Virus record (IMG/VR): IMGVR_UViG_3300030376_004364
DNA from: an uncultured virus (IMG/VR IMGVR_UViG_3300030376_004364)
Taxonomy: Duplodnaviria > Heunggongvirae > Uroviricota > Caudoviricetes > Crassvirales
Strand: one strand, 5' to 3'
DNA: 64,000 bases
Shown: positions 47,688 to 54,239 of the stretch, piece after piece
Numbering within the stretch: position 1 is the stretch's first letter
Layout of the letters: the number at the start of each line of letters is the position of its first letter
The notes under the pieces: model-generated
What the model saw: only the letters and a program-made list of their open reading frames with translations
Database searches by the model: none
What the model was told of the DNA's origin: nothing
Position numbers and translations under genes: made by a program

Positions 47688-47754
47688 AGATTAAGACAGG
47701 TATGCAATTAGACTGCAAACCTGTTTCGACCTGTGAGGTCTCGTCAGTTAATCT
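47688..47754 (-). ncRNA. Type I hammerhead ribozyme HHR2
   Basis: AGAUUAA CUGACGA GACCU-CAC-AGGUC GAAA CAGG-UUUGCAGUCUAAUUGCAUA-CCUG UC^UUAAUCU; cut between 47695 and 47694. Confidence 0.95.
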
Positions 47755-48194
47755 TCGTACTCATAGCCTTCCAATTCTAAAGCATACTCCATATCTTCAC
47801 GTAGTTTCTCGTACACATCATCCCAAAGACCAGCCATAGCCTCATCAATCCAGTCGTAGTCTAGGTCATCAATGTAAATATGGATATCATCTTTGTCACA
47901 CTCTCTTATAAATTGCTCTAGCCTTTCCCCTAAATCGCTGTCGTAGTAGTGTACATCCTCCTCAATATTGTATCTGTCATAAGGTGGAACGATAGCTACC
48001 CATAACTCATAGCCATCAGCTGTCGTTTGAGAGTAGATTGCAAAGTCCGGAGAGTTGTAGTCATCCGTTAGCTTAAAATCAAAGTGCAATTTAATGTTGT
48101 TGACCTGTACTTCAGTTCCATTGTACCACTCCCCAATACCTGTCTTTTCTAGTTTTTCAGTAATTAGTTCTTCAGTTAATTTTTTGATAATCAT
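47748..48194 (-). CDS. Early, highly acidic hypothetical protein
   Basis: 148 aa, D/E-rich; stop codon lies in HHR2 stem I. Confidence 0.75.
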   Translation of the reverse strand: MIIKKLTEELITEKLEKTGIGEWYNGTEVQVNNIKLHFDFKLTDDYNSPDFAIYSQTTADGYELWVAIVPPYDRYNIEEDVHYYDSDLGERLEQFIRECDKDDIHIYIDDLDYDWIDEAMAGLWDDVYEKLREDMEYALELEGYEYED

Positions 48195-48219
48195 AATTAA
48201 ATTTTTATGTCTTTCGACT

Positions 48220-48275
48220 GGTTAAGAGCCAGTATAAATACTGGCTTTCGGATAATAAATCCTCATCAGTTAACC
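48220..48275 (-). ncRNA. Type I hammerhead ribozyme HHR3
   Basis: GGUUAA CUGAUGA GGAU-UUAUU-AUCC GAAA GCCAGUA-UUUA-UACUGGC UC^UUAACC; CUC triplet, compensatory change in stem I; cut between 48226 and 48225. Confidence 0.93.
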
Positions 48276-48277
48276 TG

Positions 48278-48463
48278 TTAACTTAGCAGTTCAAATTCAT
48301 CTACAAAGTAATGTACACCATTAAACTTGGTGCACCGGTTCTTCTCTAGTTCCTTACAGCATCTGATAAGTTCTGAGTAGGAGATACTATCTCTTGTTCT
48401 GTTCTGAGTATAAGCCATATCAATCATAGCCATTGCCTCGCCTAGTGTTTTCGCTACATACAT
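48278..48463 (-). CDS. Early hypothetical protein
   Basis: 61 aa; stop 2 nt before HHR3. Confidence 0.65.
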   Translation of the reverse strand: MYVAKTLGEAMAMIDMAYTQNRTRDSISYSELIRCCKELEKNRCTKFNGVHYFVDEFELLS

Positions 48464-48474
48464 AATTATAGGTT

Positions 48475-48633
48475 CTAATCGTTAGTGAAAATTTCATCCA
48501 GCAGATAGCCCTTCTTTCTCTCCAGTAAAGAGATGAAGTTATCTACGTGTTTCTCATCGTTAAATTGTCTCGTGATAATCCAATCTGTACCGAAGTCAGT
48601 CTTGAATTTTAGTGTTACCATAGTTGATTTCAT
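48475..48633 (-). CDS. Early hypothetical protein (52 aa)
   Basis: MKSTMVTLKFKTDFGTDWIITRQFNDEKHVDNFISLLERKKGYLLDEIFTND; starts 21 nt after the HHR4 cut. Confidence 0.7.
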   Translation of the reverse strand: MKSTMVTLKFKTDFGTDWIITRQFNDEKHVDNFISLLERKKGYLLDEIFTND

Positions 48634-48647
48634 AATATTAAATTTTA

Positions 48648-48701
48648 AGATTAAGACTGCCTCTCGGCAGTTTCGGTCTATCAGACCTCATCAGTTAATC
48701 T
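48648..48701 (-). ncRNA. Type I hammerhead ribozyme HHR4
   Basis: AGAUUAA CUGAUGA GGUCU-GAU-AGACC GAAA CUGCC-GAGA-GGCAG UC^UUAAUCU; cut between 48655 and 48654. Confidence 0.96.
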
Positions 48702-48991
48702 AGGTTTTTATTCTTTTTGTAATCTTCATACTGATGTACCTCGTCATCAAGCCAAGTTTCTGGGACTCCTACGACATCAACACCTTCGTAAGTAAGACAC
48801 CAAAGATTTGCGTCCTCATCATCATAATCCTCATAGCTGTTATATACAAAACCTTTCTGTACTAAGCTACCTAATATTCCAGCTCTGCTACGAGTTTTTA
48901 CATTTTCTTGAGTGAAGTCTGAGTGACCTGGCTCATTTTGTTCAAATTTAATTTCTTTTAATAGTTCTAATTCTTTTGATGTTATTTTCAT
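48695..48991 (-). CDS. Early hypothetical protein (possible winged helix)
   Basis: 98 aa; SRAGILGSLVQKGFV...LTYEG; flanked by HHR5 and HHR4. Confidence 0.7.
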   Translation of the reverse strand: MKITSKELELLKEIKFEQNEPGHSDFTQENVKTRSRAGILGSLVQKGFVYNSYEDYDDEDANLWCLTYEGVDVVGVPETWLDDEVHQYEDYKKNKNLD

Positions 48992-49005
48992 AATATTAAA
49001 TTTTT

Positions 49006-49061
49006 AGATTAAGACCACCGGTAAAGGTGGTTTCGTCCTTCCAGGACTCATCAGTTAATCT
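49006..49061 (-). ncRNA. Type I hammerhead ribozyme HHR5
   Basis: AGAUUAA CUGAUGA GUCCU-GGA-AGGAC GAAA CCACC-UUUACC-GGUGG UC^UUAAUCU; cut between 49013 and 49012. Confidence 0.96.
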
Positions 49062-49255
49062 ATATGCTCTTCCAGTGCTGATAAAACGTCATACATCATG
49101 TGCCGTTGCGTTGCATTGTGAATTACATTCTTTTCGATTAGCTTGTACATAAGAAATCCTAGGTCTTTAGCATTCAAGCTATCGACTTGGTCATTCCATT
49201 CTAAGCCCATCATATCCCATTGGGTATCATCCATTAAGTGTTCAATTTTGTTCAT
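49055..49255 (-). CDS. Early hypothetical protein
   Basis: 66 aa; stop codon lies in HHR5 stem I. Confidence 0.7.
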   Translation of the reverse strand: MNKIEHLMDDTQWDMMGLEWNDQVDSLNAKDLGFLMYKLIEKNVIHNATQRHMMYDVLSALEEHID

Positions 49256-49257
49256 AA

Positions 49258-49413
49258 TTAATAGTTTTTAGTTAGATACGAATTAAGAGCCATCTGCTGA
49301 AATATAGTACCTTTAAATTCTTTTAATATTTGTATTGCCCCCTCATCTTCCATAACTATTGAAGGGTTTACGCTATGCTCATTACAGAGCCAAATAAAAT
49401 CTTTTTTGTTCAT
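49258..49413 (-). CDS. Early hypothetical protein (51 aa)
   Basis: MNKKDFIWLCNEHSVNPSIVMEDEGAIQILKEF... Confidence 0.65.
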   Translation of the reverse strand: MNKKDFIWLCNEHSVNPSIVMEDEGAIQILKEFKGTIFQQMALNSYLTKNY

Positions 49414-49434
49414 AATTTCTAGTTGTTTAATTGT

Positions 49435-49557
49435 TCACAAAAAGTCTATTTCGTTTTGCAAATTATCTATTAATTCTAGTACTTTCATACATTTGTTTTT
49501 ATCGTAATTAGACATAATATAACTATATATTTCATCTAAATTGTTCTGTATATTCAT
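49435..49557 (-). CDS. Early hypothetical protein (40 aa)
   Basis: MNIQNNLDEIYSYIMSNYDKNKCMKVLELIDNLQNEIDFL. Confidence 0.55.
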   Translation of the reverse strand: MNIQNNLDEIYSYIMSNYDKNKCMKVLELIDNLQNEIDFL

Positions 49558-49569
49558 ATCTTTATTTAT

Positions 49570-49722
49570 TTAGTTATTAATAGTGTAGTTATACTGCGTC
49601 TTTCTAGGTAGCATCCACCTTCCGTTATCTTGGATGTAAGGCCTTCCGTATTGGTCAAACTGGATGTCGTTAATCTGCTCTTCATTGTAGAAGTACAGGG
49701 CTAATTTCTGTAATTTGTTCAT
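49570..49722 (-). CDS. Early hypothetical protein (50 aa)
   Basis: MNKLQKLALYFYNEEQINDIQFDQYGRPYIQDNGRWMLPRKTQYNYTINN. Confidence 0.6.
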   Translation of the reverse strand: MNKLQKLALYFYNEEQINDIQFDQYGRPYIQDNGRWMLPRKTQYNYTINN

Positions 49723-49730
49723 TGTCAAAA

Positions 49731-49820
49731 TGCCTGTGTTTATCGCAAAGGACTTTATGCTAGGTTAGATGTGGTGGGCAATTTCGCTTTGCCTTTCGCT
49801 GTCTACAGCCACCACAGGTC
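49731..49820 (-). ncRNA. Candidate structured intergenic RNA (three-way junction), class unknown
   Basis: UGUGGUG [GCUG-UAGA-CAGC] GAAA [GGCAA-AGCGAAA-UUGCC] CACCACA, plus an alternative CCUGUG/CACAGG pairing. Confidence 0.5.
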
Positions 49821-49823
49821 TTG

Positions 49824-49967
49824 TTAATCAATATATCCCCAAATGCCCTTCTGCTGTAGCTTTCCGAGTATATAATGCATCTCTGCTTGTGTCTTACCTT
49901 CGAAGTCACTCTCGCAAAGTGATAGTGTATGAGCGATTATTTCTAGTTGGTCTTTCGTGAATTTCAT
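49824..49967 (-). CDS. Early hypothetical protein (47 aa)
   Basis: MKFTKDQLEIIAHTLSLCESDFEGKTQAEMHYILGKLQQKGIWGYID; ATGA overlap with the upstream stop. Confidence 0.65.
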   Translation of the reverse strand: MKFTKDQLEIIAHTLSLCESDFEGKTQAEMHYILGKLQQKGIWGYID

Positions 49968-50269
49968 AGCTCTATCTCGTTATTTGAAAGCCCTATGGTT
50001 AGAGCATGTCGGTTAGCACCATCAGCCCTGTTCCAAGCCGTTTTAAATTCACCTGTAGCTACAGCTGACATAAATCCTCCAGTAGTAGCTAGAATCCCTC
50101 GTTTCTTTGCTAGGTCAATGTCCTCGTCCAGTAAGCTAGTAGCTGTGCCTACACAAGCACCATTGTCAGAGTAGTTAGCGATTGCTACTAGCATCGTGTA
50201 GTTAGAGTAATTAACTCCTTCCGGTAGGTATCCCTTTGGATATCCTGATTTCAATTCAAATTTGTTCAT
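49964..50269 (-). CDS. First gene of the early operon, hypothetical
   Basis: 101 aa; GGFMSAVATGEFKTAWNRADGAN motif. Confidence 0.75.
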   Translation of the reverse strand: MNKFELKSGYPKGYLPEGVNYSNYTMLVAIANYSDNGACVGTATSLLDEDIDLAKKRGILATTGGFMSAVATGEFKTAWNRADGANRHALTIGLSNNEIEL

Positions 50270-50290
50270 AATATTTAATTTAAAAGTTAG

Positions 50291-50340
50291 CTACCGGTAC
50301 TAGTATTGCTCTAGCTAGCCTGTCGTTCAGATACCGGTAA
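50291..50340 (-). ncRNA. Candidate structured 5' leader RNA
   Basis: UUACCGGUAU/GUACCGGUAG stem enclosing CUG-AACGA-CAG and CUAG-AGCAAUA-CUAG hairpins. Confidence 0.45.
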
Positions 50341-50344
50341 TTTG

Positions 50345-50900
50345 TTTGTTTGTTCACACAACTTACGCCACAACTCGTTGATTATCAGTGAGATAAAGTT
50401 AGTAAATTATGCTAACTTGCTGATTATCAGTCTGTTATGTCTCAAAATGTCAAAGAGCTGTCTATCTCCGGTGTAAAAATAGTCTAAATCTAGATATCTC
50501 ACAAGGTTTTTTTTACTTTTTTTTCGCTGTCTCTGTAATCCCAAGTATAACAAGGCTTTACAGAGGGTCTGTTCCCTATTATTTATTTGGGCTCGCTTCA
50601 CTGGAGCAGAGGCTACCCTACTTCTCGTAGCTTGTAACAAGTTTAACTTGCGTTAAAGGTAGGGGGGATAGGGGTTGAGGGGATAGGTTAACTGGAGGGA
50701 AGGTATGTGTAATGTGGGATGCATAGGGGCTGAGGTACTGGTGGTACTAGGGCTGAGAGCTGTAGATAAAAACGGCAAAAAATCAGGAATAAAAATCCGG
50801 AATCGACACCCCCCCTGTCAATATTTTTTTGCGTTTCCGTAGAGGGCATGTGTGCGTGTGATGGGGTAGAACCCAAATACTAGATATATCTAAAAAAAAA
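50345..50900. other. Divergent non-coding region; candidate genome terminus/packaging and early promoter region
   Basis: Strand-switch point with G-run cluster, C7 tract, A/T tracts and two TGATTATCAG palindromes. Confidence 0.5.
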
Positions 50901-50926
50901 TTGTATCTTTACCAAAAATATATGAT

Positions 50927-51109
50927 ATGGATTTTGGAGATTACACAATAAGAAATGGAAGGCTAATTAACAATGCTCCTGATTTGGAGAGTGGTATAAG
51001 TAAAGCCGCACGTTTAAGACAAGAGGTTAAGCGTGGTAAACAAGTTAGAATTATAGCAGAGGCTAATGAGTTAGCTAATGCCAACATAAATTTATTCAAG
51101 AAACTATAG
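50927..51109 (+). CDS. Hypothetical protein
   Basis: 60 aa, preceded by TATCTTTA (near -7 consensus) and followed by a terminator. Confidence 0.7.
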   Translation: MDFGDYTIRNGRLINNAPDLESGISKAARLRQEVKRGKQVRIIAEANELANANINLFKKL

Positions 51110-51155
51110 TTTGTTTTAGTTAGTGTTTGATGATTGACTAGTTTTAGTCAGAAAG

Positions 51156-51181
51156 AAGAGGGGTAGTTCCCTCTTTTTTTT
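51156..51181 (+). terminator. Intrinsic terminator
   Basis: AAGAGGG/CCCTCTT stem followed by a T run. Confidence 0.8.
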
Positions 51182-51186
51182 ATATT

Positions 51187-51275
51187 AGTGTTAAGTTAAT
51201 GTTGGTTTAGTGTTGAGTTAGTGTTGACTTTTAATAGTTAACTAACTGATTATCAAGACTAGTGTTATAAATGTT
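51187..51275. promoter_or_regulatory. Four 11-bp degenerate tandem repeats plus CTGATTATCA element
   Basis: AGTGTTAAGTT AATGTTGGTTT AGTGTTGAGTT AGTGTTGACTT then TAGTTAACTAACTGATTATCAAG; same layout as 42996-43062. Confidence 0.5.
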
Positions 51276-51381
51276 ATAAATAAAACCAAAACGTCAAAAA
51301 TTTTTACATCAATAGTAGTAATAAAATATATATATATATAGAGCGACCTAACTTCGACATGTTATATATAAAATTATTTAT

Positions 51382-51389
51382 TATATTTG
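51382..51389 (+). promoter_or_regulatory. Bacteroidota -7 promoter element TATATTTG
   Basis: 25 nt upstream of the groEL ATG. Confidence 0.7.
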
Positions 51390-51414
51390 CATTGAAATTA
51401 AATACACTAAAATT

Positions 51415-53016
51415 ATGAATCAAGGATTTTCTCCAAAGGAGCTTCGCTTCGGAAATGATGGAAGGGATAAGTTAATATCCGGCATCACCCAATTATCAAA
51501 TGCAGTTAAGAGTACATTAGGACCACAGGGTAACACAGTACTTATAGAATCACAGGAACATATAGGAGGTATTACTGTCACCAAGGATGGTGTTACGGTT
51601 GCTAAGTCTATTAGTTTATTAGACCCAGTCGAGAACCTTGCGGTTCGTATGATGAAGGAGGCTGCTGACAAGACAGCTACTACTGCTGGTGATGGTACGA
51701 CTACTGCGATAGTATTAACGGAAGCATTAGTAAAGAAGGGAACAGAGCTTATTACAGACAATGTAAATCGTACGGAGGTATTGCGTAGTATGCATGAGCT
51801 CACGAAAGATGTTATAAAGGGTTTGAAGGAGGACTCTAAAAAATTAAGCCAGCGAAAGATGAAGGACGTTGCTATTATCTCTGCCAACAACGACAAGGAG
51901 TTAGGAAGTACGATAGCGGATGTGTATAAGGCTGTTGGTAAGGATGGTGTTGTTACTGTTGAGAAGTCACAGAGCAGCGACACGTATTATGAGACTACGA
52001 AAGGAATCAAGGTAGACAGGGGATATTCTAGTCCTTTGTTTATAAACGACCAGAAGAAAGATGAGTGTGTACTAGAGGATGTTCATATTCTGGTATCTGA
52101 TGCTGAGATAAGTAATATACTTCAGATTGAGGGTGTATTAAAACCAATCATCCAGCAGAACAAGAGATTACTTATTATAGCACCTACGACAACCAATGTT
52201 ATAAACACGTTGGCTGCCAATGTGATGAAGAACAATTTAAAGATATGTAACATAGCACCTCCGAACTTTGGTTACAAGCAGCATGAGCTTATGCAGGATA
52301 TAGCCTATACGGTTGGAGCTACATATTTTTCTGAAAAGACAGGGGATGACCTCAGCATTATTAATGCAGAAGACTTGGGTCACGCTGCCAAGGTGATAGT
52401 TGGTCGTGGCTCAACAGTCATCCTAAAGGATGATTCTTCAGACCAAGAGGCAATTGACGGAAGGGTAGCTGAGTTAAAGGGTGCTCATGAGATAGCTAAG
52501 ACAAAAACTGAGCGTGATTTTATAATGTCTAGGATAGCATCACTAACAGGAGGTATTGGTGTAATATATGTAGGAGGGAATACGGACCTAGAGCAGAAGG
52601 AATTGTATGACAGGGTTGATGATGCGGTATGTGCGGTACGCTCAGCACTAGAGGAGGGCATACTTCCTGGTGGTGGCATGGCTCTGTATCAGTTGGGTTA
52701 TGAAATTTGTGAGCCTTGCTCACCCACAGCTGATGAGAAGATTGCAGCGGAGATTATGAAGTATGCATTAGAGGCTCCTGCTAGACAGATTATAGCTAAC
52801 GGAGGTAAAGACTTTAGTAAGATATATCCTAAGCCACCAATTGTAGGTGAGGGTTATGATTTAAAAAACGACAAGCATGGCAACTTAATTAATATGGGTG
52901 TAATAGACCCATTAAAAGTTACACGAACTGCATTACAGAATGCAGTGTCTGTAGCCACAACGATATTATCTACTAATGCTATTGTAACGATGGCACGTTC
53001 ATACGAAACTAAATAA
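51415..53016 (+). CDS. groEL: Phage-encoded chaperonin GroEL
   Basis: STLGPQG, TKDGVTVAKSI, AGDGTTTA, DRVDDA, EEGILPGGG and GVIDPLKVTR motifs. Confidence 0.97.
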   Translation: MNQGFSPKELRFGNDGRDKLISGITQLSNAVKSTLGPQGNTVLIESQEHIGGITVTKDGVTVAKSISLLDPVENLAVRMMKEAADKTATTAGDGTTTAIVLTEALVKKGTELITDNVNRTEVLRSMHELTKDVIKGLKEDSKKLSQRKMKDVAIISANNDKELGSTIADVYKAVGKDGVVTVEKSQSSDTYYETTKGIKVDRGYSSPLFINDQKKDECVLEDVHILVSDAEISNILQIEGVLKPIIQQNKRLLIIAPTTTNVINTLAANVMKNNLKICNIAPPNFGYKQHELMQDIAYTVGATYFSEKTGDDLSIINAEDLGHAAKVIVGRGSTVILKDDSSDQEAIDGRVAELKGAHEIAKTKTERDFIMSRIASLTGGIGVIYVGGNTDLEQKELYDRVDDAVCAVRSALEEGILPGGGMALYQLGYEICEPCSPTADEKIAAEIMKYALEAPARQIIANGGKDFSKIYPKPPIVGEGYDLKNDKHGNLINMGVIDPLKVTRTALQNAVSVATTILSTNAIVTMARSYETK

Positions 53017-53043
53017 ATTATTAATTAATTAAATTCAAATAAA

Positions 53044-53169
53044 ATGTCAATACACAATCAAATATTCGAAGAGTACAGAATCAAGAGAAAAGAAATAAAC
53101 AAAGCTATCGAGCTTTTAAGACGGAACAACTATATAGTTCATAAAGTAAAAGAATACGAAAGCAAATAG
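53044..53169 (+). CDS. Small hypothetical protein (41 aa)
   Basis: MSIHNQIFEEYRIKRKEINKAIELLRRNNYIV... Confidence 0.55.
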   Translation: MSIHNQIFEEYRIKRKEINKAIELLRRNNYIVHKVKEYESK

Positions 53170-53171
53170 AT

Positions 53172-53327
53172 ATGAATTGTCCAAATTGTAAAGCTGAGTT
53201 AATATGGGGAGGTGACCATAGTTATGAAGATTATGGTAATGAAGAGGAAGAAGGTATTGTAAGCAATTATAGTTGTTCTACGGATAATTGCACAACAGAC
53301 TTAATTTTATTATATCAAAGAATATGA
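53172..53327 (+). CDS. Small Zn-ribbon-like protein (51 aa)
   Basis: MNCPNCKAELIWGGDH...SCSTDNC; ATGA overlap with groES. Confidence 0.65.
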   Translation: MNCPNCKAELIWGGDHSYEDYGNEEEEGIVSNYSCSTDNCTTDLILLYQRI

Positions 53328-53581
53328 AGCTAATAGGAAAAAACATTTTAATAGATGTAATTAATGAGGAGATTAAAACCTCATCAGGATTATTATTATC
53401 TTCTGAAGACACGTCTCAGTTTCGATATAGTAAAGGAAAAGTAGTTGAGCCAGGAACGGATGTCGATGTTATAAGCAAGGAAGATGTTATCTACTATGAC
53501 AAACGTCAGGGATACACAATGCTTATAGATAATAAAAAGTTTACGGTTATTCAAGAAAGAGATGTTGTGGTTGTTTTATGA
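53324..53581 (+). CDS. groES: Co-chaperonin GroES
   Basis: MKLIGKNILI...KTSSGLLL...GKVVEPG...IQERDVVVVL. Confidence 0.88.
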   Translation: MKLIGKNILIDVINEEIKTSSGLLLSSEDTSQFRYSKGKVVEPGTDVDVISKEDVIYYDKRQGYTMLIDNKKFTVIQERDVVVVL

Positions 53582-53724
53582 TGGACTGGGAATTAGAAAT
53601 ATCGCTTCATTTTCCTCATGACCGATTTATGGTAGGTTGGGAGTTTCTTAATCCTACCGAACAATATAATTATAGAACAATATCTTTATGTATATTTGTT
53701 GTAACTATAAGTTTAAATTTTTAA
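53581..53724 (+). CDS. Small hypothetical protein (47 aa)
   Basis: MDWELEISLHFPHDRFMVGWEF...; TGATG coupling. Confidence 0.55.
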   Translation: MDWELEISLHFPHDRFMVGWEFLNPTEQYNYRTISLCIFVVTISLNF

Positions 53725-53794
53725 CTATGTTGTATATTGTTGCCTTTTTATTAATTTTAATTGGAATTTCTTGTTGGCTAAGTGATTGATAGTA

Positions 53795-54226
53795 TTATTT
53801 TTTACTATCTCTAATTTCTTTGTTCAATTGAATTATAAAATTTCGATACACCTTATCGGTGTATGATACATTTTTTGCAAAGATAGGATTAAATGAATTA
53901 CTTGTAGGAATTTCTTGCCCTTCAAGTTTTTTATATATGCCACTAATTATTCTAATTGTTTTATAGGAGAGTTGATATAGTGCTTTTATATTTCTTACTC
54001 TTTTTCTAAACACCTCAATCCACCCATCTCTAAGTAGTTTATCAAAACGATTTACATCCCAGCTAAGCAGCTCATCAAATTCTTCGAACTTATCTTTTGA
54101 AAAATATTTTTCTGAATACAGAAACAAAAGAACATCAAGGTCAGCTTGGGTTAAACCGTATTTAGCTTTAATATAATATCGTATTACCCTCCAATATTTC
54201 AGGTAATCTGAACGTTGATTTGACAT
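53795..54226 (-). CDS. Winged-helix-like protein; homolog of 62475..62921
   Basis: LKYWRVIR...GLTQADLDVLLF...LSWD..RF..LL.DGWI...SYTDK shared with the later ORF. Confidence 0.7.
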   Translation of the reverse strand: MSNQRSDYLKYWRVIRYYIKAKYGLTQADLDVLLFLYSEKYFSKDKFEEFDELLSWDVNRFDKLLRDGWIEVFRKRVRNIKALYQLSYKTIRIISGIYKKLEGQEIPTSNSFNPIFAKNVSYTDKVYRNFIIQLNKEIRDSKK

Positions 54227-54239
54227 AAATTAAATTTCG

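Noticed and set aside
46164..49061. CRISPR array or attC-like cassette sites as the explanation for the repeated ...TCATCAGTTAATC motif
   Set aside because: Spacing is irregular (hundreds of nt), the intervals are whole genes, no cas or integrase gene is present, and conservation matches the hammerhead core exactly.
49769..50174. Plus-strand ORFs 49769..49960 and 49947..50174
   Set aside because: Antisense to coupled minus-strand ORFs that fit the early operon.
50407..50876. ORFs 50407..50640 and 50688..50876 as genes
   Set aside because: Atypical composition, no AU-rich leader, and they overlap the repeat and G-run control region.
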